Counted from the first letter of the stretch, positions 31,729 through 43,010 are shown. The stretch: 64,000 nt of DNA from a virus (IMGVR_UViG_2721755710_000007:11410-75409); one strand, 5' to 3'. Notes: generated from the letters alone by a model not told the origin. Translations and numbers: made by a program.

Positions 31729-32574
31729 ATGCTGGCTAAAGTCACTTTCCTGAGCTGTATAACGATGAGCGATTTTACTTTTTCTGGCTATGAATTGGCC
31801 TTCTTTGTAACACACTCCGGTCTATCCCGTAGCGCCGGGCATATCCTGTCGCAATGTGCAAATCTCGCGGCAACAACCAGTGAATACTTCATTCACAAGC
31901 CCCACCGCCTGATCGCGGCAGAAACTGGTTATAGCCAATCAACCGTCGTTCGTGCATTCCGTGAAGCTGTAAACAAAGGAATTCTATCTGTAGAGATTGT
32001 TATCGGCGATCACCGTGAACGTCGCGCTAACCTGTACCGGTTTACACCATCCTTTTTGGCCTTCGCACAACAAACCAAAAATGCGCTGATTGAAAGCAAA
32101 TTAAAGATCTCTTCAGCGGCAACCAAGGTTAAAGCTGTTCTCGCTAAGACATTGGCTTTATTTGATTTTTTATCCACACCCCCATGTCAAAATGATACCC
32201 CCTCCCCCTGTCAGGATGACGTGGCAATAAAGAATAAGAAGTCACAAGTTAAAAAAACAAAAAGATCAGTTTCCGGCGGTGCCGGAACGACCAGACTCAA
32301 AAAATTGACTTCATGGATCGCTGAGGCAAAAGCAAAGGCTGACAATCTGCGGTTATCCAAAAAACGCGCTCAAAAACATGAGTTCAAGCAGAAAGTAGAG
32401 GCGGCTGCGCGGAAATATGCTTACCTGAAGAACAAGCGTTCGCCTGATATTGGCGGGATATCAAACTTCGATAATCTACCGCATTGCATGACGGTAAACG
32501 AAGCTCTTAATGCGGTTTTAGCCAAAAATAAAGATAACGAAAAATGGGGTATACCGGCAGGATTCAGGGGGTGA
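31729..32574 (+). CDS. repL: RepL lytic replication initiator
   Basis: 281-aa ORF directly downstream of kilA, matching P1 repL length. Confidence 0.8.
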   Translation: MLAKVTFLSCITMSDFTFSGYELAFFVTHSGLSRSAGHILSQCANLAATTSEYFIHKPHRLIAAETGYSQSTVVRAFREAVNKGILSVEIVIGDHRERRANLYRFTPSFLAFAQQTKNALIESKLKISSAATKVKAVLAKTLALFDFLSTPPCQNDTPSPCQDDVAIKNKKSQVKKTKRSVSGGAGTTRLKKLTSWIAEAKAKADNLRLSKKRAQKHEFKQKVEAAARKYAYLKNKRSPDIGGISNFDNLPHCMTVNEALNAVLAKNKDNEKWGIPAGFRG

Positions 32575-32624
32575 TAGATTGCTCTAATCTGGAGTCACCT
32601 GGCGTTTTCAGTTTGAGGTCGGAG

Positions 32625-32870
32625 ATGCAATCTGATTTTTTACAGTTAGCGATCGCTTTTGCAGGATATGTTTGTATTGGCTTCTGTGTATACATGATCA
32701 GCCGAAAAATGCTTGTCGATATCTACCGCAAAGAACGAGCAGAGGAGATCTTAGTATGGATTTTCTTTGGCGCGGTCTGGCCATTAGGGATCATGTTTGC
32801 TGCAACATTTCTTCTGATGTGGATATTCACCCTTCCAGGTGATTTCTATAGAAAAAAAGCCAGACATTGA
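32625..32870 (+). CDS. small membrane protein
   Basis: Two hydrophobic helices; preceded by an operator half-site ATTGCTCTAAT at 32578. Confidence 0.35.
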   Translation: MQSDFLQLAIAFAGYVCIGFCVYMISRKMLVDIYRKERAEEILVWIFFGAVWPLGIMFAATFLLMWIFTLPGDFYRKKARH

Positions 32871-33561
32871 TACAATCGTTGCGGGTGCTTGAGGCTATCT
32901 GCTTCAGGCATGACCCGAAAAGCAGATAGAAGAAAGCCCCAGATAACATTACGCGTCCTGCAAGACGCTTAACATTAATCTGAGGCCATATCTATGCTTA
33001 GCATACGTAGATTAGCCTCTTACCGACCAAAAGGTCAAGGAGAAGCAGGCTATGAAGCAGCAAAAAGCGATGTTAATCGCTCTGATCGTCATCTGTCTAA
33101 CCGTCATTGTGACGGCACTGGTAACGAGGAAAGACCTCTGCGAGGTACGAATCCGAACCGGCCAGACGGAGGTCACTGTCTTCACAGCCTACGAATCTGA
33201 AAGGTAAGAGACCTGGCGGGGAGTGATCCCCGCCACTCTTCGTGTGTCTGGTAACCTCAATGCACCCTTTTCTCCCCAATAGTGTAAAACACAATGAAGT
33301 AGAAGGAGTTATTTCACATCATGCAAAGATTCAGACCATATCTCCCAATAGCCTTCGCGACATGATGACTTTCAGAAATATCTAGCTGTTAACAAAATTC
33401 CATACTTGCTTTGCTAATACCACCTAGATTATATATGGAAAAATACACCTAAAACTTAAACAAATTATATCCACAACAAACATCCATCTATTAGGATTAA
33501 AATTAATTTAATAATAAATAATACAACACCGGTTCATTTTCTAACAAACCGGTGGGCACCA

Positions 33562-34632
33562 TTATTGGAATAACTTACTGATTACATTAAAAACATTAAG
33601 GGCGTTACTTGCCACACTAGACATCTTGGCTGAATTTTTTTCGATTGAGTCAAGAACACTTTCGACTTCCGATAAAGTTCTTCTGCTATCTGCATCTTTT
33701 CCTGAGTCTATCGCATCTTTAATTGCAGATATAGCAGACTCTAAATTCTCCTTAAACTCACCTGTCGTCTCATCCTTCAAGAGAAGTTCTAACTCTTGTT
33801 TAAGTTTTTCCAATGATGCTCTTTTCTCATCAGTTTTACTAATCTTCCCTGAATAACTGACACAAACACATTCTCTTTTATTGCAGACAGGACAACCATT
33901 TAGATAATAACTTTCAAACGCCTCGCCAAGATCATCATCTTTAAAAATAATCCCCCATAAAGAAAACAACCAAGCATATATATCAGCACACTCTTCATGA
34001 AGATTTTCTTTGTTGTAATTTTTATCTTCAATTGATTTAGCATAAGCCTCTTGCAACTCACCCAACTCTTCGAATAACCTGGATGAATGATAAAACCCAC
34101 CAAAAGTAGACCAAATGGTTCTATTCGACGGATAGATGTCATTAATCATTCGTGGCGCATAAGGCGGAAATTGCATAGGTTTAATAGCGTTATATTTATT
34201 GAAAAGCTCATCTTTAATTCCTTTTGCGCTTCTTATTTTCTCTGGCTTTCTGTGTGTTTGAGAACAGGAACAAGGCGCCCCTAAGCAATAAGGACAGCAA
34301 CTAGGAAATTTTTTATAAAATGCTTCCTGTGGTTGTATTTCAAGTTTATCACAGATTGCAAAAAGCCAAGACAATGCTTCTATATAGGTATTTTTTAATA
34401 ATTCTTTATCCTGATTACCATCACGAATAAACTCACGTGTTAAATAAGCTGTTTTCCTTGTCAGATAAGAGTACATATACTCAAATGATTTTTCTTCATT
34501 TTTTTTGCTGTAAATACCTACAATAATATTGCTCATATCATTGATACGTAACATGACATTCCTCTTAAATAAGCCAATACTTCCTAGAACCATATATGTT
34601 TCGACAAAGATTAACGGACATCTTGCCTTCAC
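33562..34632 (-). CDS. MazG-like nucleotide pyrophosphohydrolase-domain protein with two Cys clusters
   Basis: 356 aa; EELGELQEA ... EECADIY motif; CCPYCLGAPCSCS and CPVCNKRECVCV; AT-rich. Confidence 0.5.
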   Translation of the reverse strand: MKARCPLIFVETYMVLGSIGLFKRNVMLRINDMSNIIVGIYSKKNEEKSFEYMYSYLTRKTAYLTREFIRDGNQDKELLKNTYIEALSWLFAICDKLEIQPQEAFYKKFPSCCPYCLGAPCSCSQTHRKPEKIRSAKGIKDELFNKYNAIKPMQFPPYAPRMINDIYPSNRTIWSTFGGFYHSSRLFEELGELQEAYAKSIEDKNYNKENLHEECADIYAWLFSLWGIIFKDDDLGEAFESYYLNGCPVCNKRECVCVSYSGKISKTDEKRASLEKLKQELELLLKDETTGEFKENLESAISAIKDAIDSGKDADSRRTLSEVESVLDSIEKNSAKMSSVASNALNVFNVISKLFQ

Positions 34633-34851
34633 AAACTTTGACGCTACATAAATTTAACCATGTGCATACTAAATATTTAAGGTAGAAAAGTATAGGAGTA
34701 TTTATTAATAGGTAACTGTTAGTTTACACTCACTTCATACCAGAGTATTTACAAGATGTTATTTTACTCTATTCGCTAGGCGGTGGAATGCGGTTGTATC
34801 AAGGGGAGGTAAACCTCCCCCGAAGAAGATTAAAAGTACAAGGGATAACAC

Positions 34852-35361
34852 TTAATCCCACTCAATCCAGTTGTAGACGATACGAAGTGACGGGCGCACA
34901 GCGGCAGTCACATCTTCGGTACTAAAGTCGATTGCATCACTGTAGATTTTGCAGTCCAACATTTCAATTGTTGTAGCAGCTTTTGTCACAGCGTTAACCC
35001 CGGAAGATTTGGATTCAGGGGTAGCAGCCATCGTGATATCAACATAGTCCTTCGCCGCAATGCGATCTTTAATGAACTGAAGAATATCGCCTTCGATAGT
35101 CTCCACGCACTGGACCTGGATTTCCCCAGAGTTTCGAATTGGACCGTGCTGGTTGAACTTCACACCATTCGGACCATAGTCCTCCACATCCTCGCGGGTC
35201 ATTTCAGGAATTTGCGACGTGCGAACCAGTACGCTGATATCTTCATGGCCTGCAAAAGTGAGCTGGAATTCAGAAGATACCAGTCGTTCGCCTTTGGCCG
35301 CGTTGGCAGTATAGCGGCCCTTAATAAATTTACGGTTTCCCTTAGTGTTATTGTGCCCCAT
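34852..35361 (-). CDS. phage structural protein (169 aa)
   Basis: ORF in minus-strand morphogenesis array. Confidence 0.4.
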   Translation of the reverse strand: MGHNNTKGNRKFIKGRYTANAAKGERLVSSEFQLTFAGHEDISVLVRTSQIPEMTREDVEDYGPNGVKFNQHGPIRNSGEIQVQCVETIEGDILQFIKDRIAAKDYVDITMAATPESKSSGVNAVTKAATTIEMLDCKIYSDAIDFSTEDVTAAVRPSLRIVYNWIEWD

Positions 35362-35372
35362 ATAAAATCCTT

Positions 35373-35954
35373 TTACTGGAACGCCCGAACAATATCGGAG
35401 CTGTTATATATCGAAGAACCGGTCAACTGGAGGTTGACGGTGTTTTTCAGGAAATGCCCATTGCTGTCCCTGGGTGCATCGAGATCGAAACTTATGTCCT
35501 GGATAGCGACATCAATGATGTTGATCCGGCGACCAATGTTTAGCGTCACACGCTCCGGGATTCGACCACCAATACTGGCATCTTTAAGTTCCGGGCTAAT
35601 CATCGCTGACAATGCGGCGATAGCTCCTGAAACCTCCGTGAATGGGTCAAACAAAGCGATGAAAGTTACTGGCAGCGTGAAAGTCGGCGGTGTTCCCCCC
35701 TCCCAAACCATTAAGCTATTCCAACGGGCCACCGACGTTGTTTCAGTACCAACCTGCGCAAAACCACTGAAAGCACCAGCAACAGACCCCATGGACATAC
35801 CGGTAAACGGCGCTTCCCAATTCTGGGCCATGTTCATTGCTGCCCCCTGGCTGATATATCCGGTAACCTGGTACTGAGAGTTCGTTAAAGTAACTTTCAG
35901 AAATGGCGATACACCATCAGCCTGGCTGTAAACCCCATAAGGTATAGGTGCCAT
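35373..35954 (-). CDS. phage structural protein (193 aa)
   Basis: ORF in minus-strand morphogenesis array. Confidence 0.4.
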   Translation of the reverse strand: MAPIPYGVYSQADGVSPFLKVTLTNSQYQVTGYISQGAAMNMAQNWEAPFTGMSMGSVAGAFSGFAQVGTETTSVARWNSLMVWEGGTPPTFTLPVTFIALFDPFTEVSGAIAALSAMISPELKDASIGGRIPERVTLNIGRRINIIDVAIQDISFDLDAPRDSNGHFLKNTVNLQLTGSSIYNSSDIVRAFQ

Positions 35955-35989
35955 TCAAGTTAAAGGCCGGAGTTCTCCGGCCTCCTCCT

Positions 35990-36805
35990 TTAGCCAAGGC
36001 GCTTACGGCGCAGTTTCATTGACTTTTTGCGGGCAAGTTTTGCCGCGCCGGTCTGGGCTTTTCGACGCGCTTTTTTCAGCGCCGATTTTTGAGCCGCAGT
36101 CAGACGTTTTTTCCGCAGGCGTTTACGGATGAGTTTGATCTCACCGTTACGAACAACCTTCTTAAATGCTTCAGTCAGCATTTCATCAGAAGTGCCAGCA
36201 ACAACAAACGCCGCTTCCAGTTCGTCGCGGTCGTCGCTATCTAAACCAGCGATAGAGGCACCAACATCAGCAGCAGCGTCGTCGTCTTCATCGTCAGCCA
36301 GTGCTTCGATCATGTCATCATCTACACCGCATGCTGCGAGGAAGTCAGCAACATTTGCCCATGCTTCGTTATAGGCATCGTCCTGTTCTTCTGTAACTTC
36401 GGAGTCGTCGTCATCAGAGATACCAGCGATAGCCTGAACGAAACCATCAAGGGAGTCGAAAGTCAGATCACCGCTATCAGCCCAGGCGAAAACGGCGTCG
36501 GCCGCATCACTCAACGCATTCTGCATCGCACTTCGATTTGCAGCTTCCAGAATCATCTGGTGCGCCTGTTCAACGGTCCATTCTTTACCGTCTTTCTCTT
36601 CCAGGATTTGCTCAGGAGCCGGATCAGATGGAACGTTATCGTTAGTCTGTGCCGCCGGTTCCGGATTATTATTAATAACCGGATCTGTTGGCGGTTCGGC
36701 GCTTGCTCGGGCAGACTCCATCAGCTGCACAGGATCAGAGTTCAAAGCGAAACGGGACAGTCCATTCCCCAAAAATGCCCCGGATTGAAAAAAGTTTTTG
36801 CTCAT
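35990..36805 (-). CDS. acidic protein with basic C-terminal tail
   Basis: 271 aa; Asp/Glu-rich body, Lys/Arg-rich C-terminus. Confidence 0.45.
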   Translation of the reverse strand: MSKNFFQSGAFLGNGLSRFALNSDPVQLMESARASAEPPTDPVINNNPEPAAQTNDNVPSDPAPEQILEEKDGKEWTVEQAHQMILEAANRSAMQNALSDAADAVFAWADSGDLTFDSLDGFVQAIAGISDDDDSEVTEEQDDAYNEAWANVADFLAACGVDDDMIEALADDEDDDAAADVGASIAGLDSDDRDELEAAFVVAGTSDEMLTEAFKKVVRNGEIKLIRKRLRKKRLTAAQKSALKKARRKAQTGAAKLARKKSMKLRRKRLG

Positions 36806-36814
36806 TGTATTCCC

Positions 36815-38404
36815 TTACTTAATAAGCAGCGGTACGCCCTGGATACGACGGGCTACGCCAGTCGGGCAGCAGGCCCAGACTACTTCCCATTTATCGAATT
36901 CCGCCTGCGTAACTTTCAGCACATACGGTTCTGTACCGTCAGCATCAGGATCACGAGGAGCCACCAGAGCGCCGGAGGCGACAAAGCGATCTAAAAGTTT
37001 GGTCATCCCTTTAGTCAGGCCAGCCGCAGTAATACCGTCCGGGCTATGCTTCATCTGTCGGGCTAACTGGACAAAGAAACGGCTGATTGCATTCATCAGG
37101 GATGGGACGTGCTGGAAGTGCAGATAGTTATCCTGCGTGCAGCAAGTTAAAGCATCGTCGATGATCATCTGGCCAGAGGTGCCAACAGATACTTTATTGA
37201 GACGGCCCTTGACCATTGCTTCTTCGTCCGGGGTATCTTCCGGATACAGCGGTTGAATTGACGCACGAGCAATGACGGCACGTTCTTCACCAGCCGGTGA
37301 GTAATGCCAACCGCCGACATCAGAGTTTTTCTTGACGCCACGAGCTTTCGCCGCATACGCCGAGCCAGACAGACCGAAGACCACACGGGATTGGGTCCAT
37401 TTGTCTTTGCAGGAGAACGGGAAGTGATAGACAGCACAGCTTACATAATCGGTACCAAGTAAACCGGTATCTTCAACAGCAGAGATCGCTTCCGTGTACG
37501 TCAATGTCGGTTTGACATCAAAGAAGCCATCAATCAGGCGATCTGCACAGATTTTACCTAATGCGGTGATAGCCGCATTGTCATAGCAGCCCAAGCCAAG
37601 AACAGCGGTGTACATGTACGGCGCATTATTCAGCACTTTAACCGCACGCAGGTAAGCAGCGGTTGAGATTTTCGACTGATCGCCATTGGTACCGCCAGTG
37701 AATGCCACCGATTTTTTATTTGTTACTTTCGCTGTCGAAATCAGCTCTTCATTAACAACCGCACGCAGATATTTAGAACGGGCTTCCAGAGCCGTAGGCA
37801 GATAACACAAGCGGCCCATGTCATCTTTCGCTTCTTCCGCCAAAGACACAGTGTGTGTCTCCAGGGTCGTTACCACACCGAGCGAAGTCGTCTGGGTCAG
37901 TTTTAAGAGGAAGCGTTCATTACCCGCGCTGTCCGCTGTTGCCGTTTCGATGGTTAACTCACGGGTAGGTGAAATACACGGATCACCATCATCAACGTAG
38001 ATAGCAAAGGCTTCGCCGCTATCAAGTTCAATTTCAGAACCGTATGGCAACGCACTGTAAGCCGGTTCGCCTGATTCATCGAACATAATAATCGGGAACT
38101 TCGCATCATCCGGAACAGCACGGACAACATAACCAGACGTTTGCTGAATAGCTTCGTACACATGGCGAATTGGTTCGAACTGTGAGCCGGAAGACGGCTT
38201 CAGCGGTTCGCCGAGAACATCTTCGTAATTGGACTCAGTAACCGCAAGAACAGTAAACGGCTTGCCACGCGCAAATACGCCAATACCAGCCCACAAGCTG
38301 CTATTTAATGCAACACCGGTAGATAACGTCGCATCGGCATTGATCGGGCTAACCGCGACGCCGGATGCATTACCTAATGACTGTTGAATTGAATATTGAG
38401 ACAT
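36815..38404 (-). CDS. contractile tail sheath protein
   Basis: 529 aa; GGWHYSPAG sheath-like motif. Confidence 0.55.
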   Translation of the reverse strand: MSQYSIQQSLGNASGVAVSPINADATLSTGVALNSSLWAGIGVFARGKPFTVLAVTESNYEDVLGEPLKPSSGSQFEPIRHVYEAIQQTSGYVVRAVPDDAKFPIIMFDESGEPAYSALPYGSEIELDSGEAFAIYVDDGDPCISPTRELTIETATADSAGNERFLLKLTQTTSLGVVTTLETHTVSLAEEAKDDMGRLCYLPTALEARSKYLRAVVNEELISTAKVTNKKSVAFTGGTNGDQSKISTAAYLRAVKVLNNAPYMYTAVLGLGCYDNAAITALGKICADRLIDGFFDVKPTLTYTEAISAVEDTGLLGTDYVSCAVYHFPFSCKDKWTQSRVVFGLSGSAYAAKARGVKKNSDVGGWHYSPAGEERAVIARASIQPLYPEDTPDEEAMVKGRLNKVSVGTSGQMIIDDALTCCTQDNYLHFQHVPSLMNAISRFFVQLARQMKHSPDGITAAGLTKGMTKLLDRFVASGALVAPRDPDADGTEPYVLKVTQAEFDKWEVVWACCPTGVARRIQGVPLLIK

Positions 38405-38464
38405 AACTTTCCCTGTTATGCGCCCCGCACGGGGGCGCTATGTTAAACGGAGAACTTCCCCTGA

Positions 38465-40192
38465 TTACTCAGAGTCACCGGCATCAATCGTGTCGCCGCT
38501 AATGAAGTTAAGCCCGCCTTTTTTGGCCATTGTCAGCGTTACACGAGTGAAGTAATCAGCGCCGTTGCGTGGGTGCATATCGTTGATAGCCGAACCCCAC
38601 AGCGTGGTACGGTTGACCAGCGCCGGAGTGGTCGGATGCTGGAACGGGATGGCCGGGACAGCATCACCAGTCACGAAGCCTGCTTTACCCGGATTTTCAT
38701 CACGGACGTAGCACAGCACATCCATCGAGCTGAACTGAATGTTCTCTGTCGTTAAGTTCTTACAAATACCAGCAGGTACTTCGTACACTTTCACGTTACC
38801 GAACAGGGTACCGATGTAGTGAACATACGGAGTCTGGATATAGTCTTCGGCTGGCTGGAAGAAATCCTTCGGCAACTGTTTGAAGAAAGATGCTGCATCA
38901 GCACCAGCAAACATCCCCATCGCACCAGAAGATTTAACGCGCTCAATAATGTCGCGATATACAGTCTGGAATTTGCCACGAATGATGGTTGCCCATACAT
39001 CAAAGGACTGGTTAACCGGCAGAGCGATGTCAAAGGTATCGGTCGCAAGAGTACGCCAGATCATGATGCGGAGACGCAACATATCCTGTTCATGGGACAG
39101 GTATTCTTTCAGGGTGCGGAACTGTAGGGAACCCAGGTCCAGACCAAATTCACGCTGTGCTTCATACGCCGCCTGTACCGTGTGCTCAGCCGCGATAACG
39201 AACTGGCTTGGGAACAGGGTGTATTTCTTCATTTCGTGGTTGATCAGCGGGATCAGCTCAGGAGCGGCTTCAATATTGATTTCCGTCTCAATTGCGATCT
39301 CAGTGCCTTTATCCGGCGCTTTGGAGAACGACAGGGCAATCTGACCAATGTTGTAGTTCAGAGAGCAGGTAACAGTGATTTGCTCACCAGCAGCATTAGT
39401 AAACGAGTGAAGTAGGCTGCCGGAACCGTTATCAACAACAGACTTAATACGGTTAACGTAGATGTTAGTACGACCTTTTCGGATTGGTACATTCTGGCCT
39501 TCGAAGTCTTCCATCTTGAAGGTTGCGGTTTTGCTGGTGCCATCGGAGCTTGCCACCAGCACATAGCGGCGACGTAACTGGCTGTACACACCGACGGATT
39601 GCATGTCCAGAACATCACCAGCAGCATAAGAACCAAAAGAGGAACCTGCCACGTTAAAGACTTCATAGATGTCGGACTGGTCACGCGTAACCGGAATGAA
39701 GGTACACGCATCAGCGGTAGCTGCCCCCAACTGAACCGGCAGGATCATCGCGAGGAATAAAGGCAGACGCATAACACCGTCAGAAACGCTCATCATCTCT
39801 GCTGCGACGGATTCCAGCATCGCTTTATTAGTGGCATCCATGCTATTGCGGGTGGACTCAATCAGGCAGTTTTCCAGCGTCTGGTGGCAGGAGGCCAGAA
39901 TTTCCGGACGCGGCATAGATTTATGTGCTGCGGCGTAGTCAGCCAGTGCACTTGCCCACGCTGTAGCGATTTGAGCGGTGGCATTATCAGAGATACCCGC
40001 AAAAACCGGGTCTTTACGTGCAGCTTCAAGGATAGATGCGGCACGCGCGGCATCATCTTTAATGAATTGGTTATCAGTACCGAACTGCGCAGTGCTTGCC
40101 CAGCCAAGCACAGCTTTAGAGCGTTTTGCGATATCTGCAATACGATTCTGGTATTCGCGTAAGTTACTCAATTTACTCTTCCTTAAACACAA
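38465..40192 (-). CDS. major capsid protein precursor-like
   Basis: 575-aa ORF adjacent to parB, the position of P1 gene 23. Confidence 0.45.
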   Translation of the reverse strand: MCLRKSKLSNLREYQNRIADIAKRSKAVLGWASTAQFGTDNQFIKDDAARAASILEAARKDPVFAGISDNATAQIATAWASALADYAAAHKSMPRPEILASCHQTLENCLIESTRNSMDATNKAMLESVAAEMMSVSDGVMRLPLFLAMILPVQLGAATADACTFIPVTRDQSDIYEVFNVAGSSFGSYAAGDVLDMQSVGVYSQLRRRYVLVASSDGTSKTATFKMEDFEGQNVPIRKGRTNIYVNRIKSVVDNGSGSLLHSFTNAAGEQITVTCSLNYNIGQIALSFSKAPDKGTEIAIETEINIEAAPELIPLINHEMKKYTLFPSQFVIAAEHTVQAAYEAQREFGLDLGSLQFRTLKEYLSHEQDMLRLRIMIWRTLATDTFDIALPVNQSFDVWATIIRGKFQTVYRDIIERVKSSGAMGMFAGADAASFFKQLPKDFFQPAEDYIQTPYVHYIGTLFGNVKVYEVPAGICKNLTTENIQFSSMDVLCYVRDENPGKAGFVTGDAVPAIPFQHPTTPALVNRTTLWGSAINDMHPRNGADYFTRVTLTMAKKGGLNFISGDTIDAGDSE

Positions 40193-40230
40193 GGCACTTG
40201 TGTGAATCCCTTTTCGGAAGAGATTTTATT

Positions 40231-40400
40231 GAAAGTCACTTGTTGACTTTCTCGCTAAAAGTAATTTTTTAAATTTTTTGTGCGGGGGAGGGGGGCAAGT
40301 AAAACAGGCGTGAAACCGTGGGAATTTCAGTCTGAAATTTTTCATGAATATCTATATATATCATATATTTATACATGAAATAGACGCGGGACATTTTAGA
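40231..40400. other. parS-like centromere region
   Basis: Downstream of parB; perfect palindrome GAAAGTCA-cttgt-TGACTTTC at 40231-40251 and ATTTCA/TGAAAT heptamers. Confidence 0.35.
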
Positions 40401-40437
40401 CAGGGGAGGGGGCTAAAGCCGCCTCCCACCAGCGGGA

Positions 40438-41403
40438 TTATTCCCCAGCAGACATTTTCCCAATGATTTTTTTTATTGCTTCGTCAATTTCAGTTTGCAC
40501 TTCAGACGGGAGTCTGGAGAACTCGTAGGCGACAACCCGTTTTTTCGGATCGGACTTCTTTCGGGCATATTGGCGACGGTCAGAGAAGTCTCGCAGCTTC
40601 TCAACCACCACAGATTTAACCGGCGCGGGCTTCAGGCTTTTGCTTTCCGCTTTGAAGATAGCCAGTATCTTCGCTTTATCCTCTTTCGCGCCCTCAGTCT
40701 CTGCAATTCGTTCGCGCACCGTATCAACCAGCTCTTCAATCGGCACGCTTTTAGCGTTAGCATCCTCGGCGATCTGGAGCAGTAACTGGTAATCTGGAAG
40801 GGCGAGCTCGCTGGCTACGGGGAAGACAGCAATCATCTCATCCGGCACCGCGGCAGCCTGGAAAGCTCGCGTCACTTTAGCCTTTGAGATGTTCTCAGCT
40901 CGGGCGATCTCTTCTTTGGTCATATTCTTACCGTACATAACCTCGAAGCGTTTACCCAGCTCGCGCAGAGTGTGTTCGCGGGCTGTCTGGATATCAATGG
41001 CCAGCTGGCGGGCATCCGCCAGGCTGATCTCATCTTTCGTCACCAGAATCTCAAATTTCGTTTCATTGAAGATACACGCAGCACGGCGACGCGATCCGTC
41101 CAATACCTCAATGCGCTCCCCAACCATACGACCGATAGCCGGGAAGAACTGTTGCAATTTAATGGTGCGGGAAATATCGCTTACCGACTCAGGGGTGAGC
41201 AGAGACTGATCGCGGCCGTTAACTGCCGGGTCAACGAACGTGCGCGACTCAATCTCACCACTCAGCACGACGGTAAGCAAGAATTTAGCCTGGCGGCCAG
41301 ATTTTAGGGTAAAGGTTTTGGTGCCTTCACTGCCTTCAAGCATGCGAGCAAACTCGGAGCTATTCTTGCCCAGCACTCGTCCACGGGAAACTATTTTTTT
41401 CAT
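40438..41403 (-). CDS. parB: ParB partition protein
   Basis: 321 aa; ILDGSRRR and HTH region; diverged from recalled P1 ParB. Confidence 0.8.
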   Translation of the reverse strand: MKKIVSRGRVLGKNSSEFARMLEGSEGTKTFTLKSGRQAKFLLTVVLSGEIESRTFVDPAVNGRDQSLLTPESVSDISRTIKLQQFFPAIGRMVGERIEVLDGSRRRAACIFNETKFEILVTKDEISLADARQLAIDIQTAREHTLRELGKRFEVMYGKNMTKEEIARAENISKAKVTRAFQAAAVPDEMIAVFPVASELALPDYQLLLQIAEDANAKSVPIEELVDTVRERIAETEGAKEDKAKILAIFKAESKSLKPAPVKSVVVEKLRDFSDRRQYARKKSDPKKRVVAYEFSRLPSEVQTEIDEAIKKIIGKMSAGE

Positions 41404-42611
41404 GCCGCCTCACCCCTAACAAACTCAATTCGATCAAACACAGCCTTAGTGAAACGCTCGGCCTCGGTTCGTGCCTTCTTCAGCGCCTCTGCACTGCCTG
41501 GATACGATTGCGGGTTGGCACTGATTACGGTGTCGAAAGACTCGCCGCATCGCTCAAATCCATCCAGACGAGGCAGAGAAGAGTCCAGAATGTTGCTGGC
41601 GTAAACCTCACGCGCAAGGCTGTGTGATGTCTCGTGATCGCGCTTGCCGGTCATCTTCGACATAAAACCAATGCTGGCGCTTAAACGCGGTTCTACGCCT
41701 TCCTCCTCCAGTTGCTCCAGCATTTCTGGCAGACGGGTGAGATATTTCAGTGTTGAGTGGAAGTCAACCTGGGCTGGTGGGGTAGGGGTAAGCAGCAAAT
41801 CGCTGGCCGCCAGACCGTTGAGCAGGAACGGATCCAGGTGTGGACCGGTATCAATAAAGATAAAGTCATAATCATCCGCAACACGATCAATGATATTGCG
41901 TCGAAGGATTTCGTACTGATTTTGTCCGGGAAGATGCTCTTCAACCAGCTCTTTCCATTGGCTGGCAACAAAGCCATCGTCGATAGAGGCTGGAATCACG
42001 TCTACGCCAGGAACGATGGTCGGACGAATCACCTCTTTGCGTAGCGTCTCCGCGTCCAGGTCGTTCAGCATCGCCTGCGCGGCGGTTTCCAGGATGGAAC
42101 CAATACTGTGAGTATGGTCGAGGAACATTGTGCTGGATGCCTGAGGGTCAAGGTCAATTACCAGAATGCGCAGATCGTGACGCAGTAAATCCTGATGCAC
42201 ACGCAGAGCGTGCGCCAACGTGACTGTGGAAACCGTTTTGGATACGCCACCCTTCAGGTTTACGACAAAAATAACGTAAGGCGATTTGTGAATGTCGCGA
42301 TATTTTGGGATCTTACGGTGGGCATAGATATCAATGACGTTCTGGATGGTCAGCGCGTACTGTTCAACGTTACCGACCTGTTTCTTGTTGAACTGGTACC
42401 CATCATCTTCCATCTCTTTGATGGCCTGCTCCACAATGCGGCGGCTCAGCTTCGGCAACTTTGCCACAGCGTTACGAGTGAACGTCTGATAATACTCGGT
42501 CTGATTGAACTCTTTGCGCTGATCTTCAATATCCTGGCTCATGGCCTTAAGTAATGCGCTTGCACGAAGAGCTATGGTGCCGACACCGCCGTAATCGCGT
42601 TTCATCATCAT
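41400..42611 (-). CDS. parA: ParA partition ATPase
   Basis: 403 aa; deviant Walker A NLKGGVSKT. Confidence 0.85.
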   Translation of the reverse strand: MMMKRDYGGVGTIALRASALLKAMSQDIEDQRKEFNQTEYYQTFTRNAVAKLPKLSRRIVEQAIKEMEDDGYQFNKKQVGNVEQYALTIQNVIDIYAHRKIPKYRDIHKSPYVIFVVNLKGGVSKTVSTVTLAHALRVHQDLLRHDLRILVIDLDPQASSTMFLDHTHSIGSILETAAQAMLNDLDAETLRKEVIRPTIVPGVDVIPASIDDGFVASQWKELVEEHLPGQNQYEILRRNIIDRVADDYDFIFIDTGPHLDPFLLNGLAASDLLLTPTPPAQVDFHSTLKYLTRLPEMLEQLEEEGVEPRLSASIGFMSKMTGKRDHETSHSLAREVYASNILDSSLPRLDGFERCGESFDTVISANPQSYPGSAEALKKARTEAERFTKAVFDRIEFVRGEAA

Positions 42612-42715
42612 CTCCTTATCATTTCGTATGAGTGAATTGTACGTTTGATTCTGCTACGTGCAACTTTTTTTGATTCGTGCGTCAATTATTGCACGTAAAG
42701 AAATGGCGATGAGGC

Positions 42716-43010
42716 TATTAGATGTGTGCTGGAGGGATGATGCAGGACCAGAATGTGCGAGAGAGGGAAGTCGCATTGAATTATGTGCTGTGGAGGGATC
42801 GCTGGTATCAAATATGTGTGCTGGAGGGAAAGGCAGAGAATTACATGTGCACTGGAGGGAAAAACGGATGGACAGATGTGTGCTGGAGGGAAAGTCTGGG
42901 CAAACTGCGGGGCGTCCCCCTCCAGCGCACATCAAAAACAGGAAATTGGACAAGCCTTCCCGGCAGCACACATTTTTTTAATGCAGCTTCCCTCCAGCAC
43001 ACACTTATTC
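42716..43010. repeat. incA iteron array
   Basis: About nine copies of GATGTGTGCTGGAGGGAAA-like 19-mers in both orientations. Confidence 0.8.
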
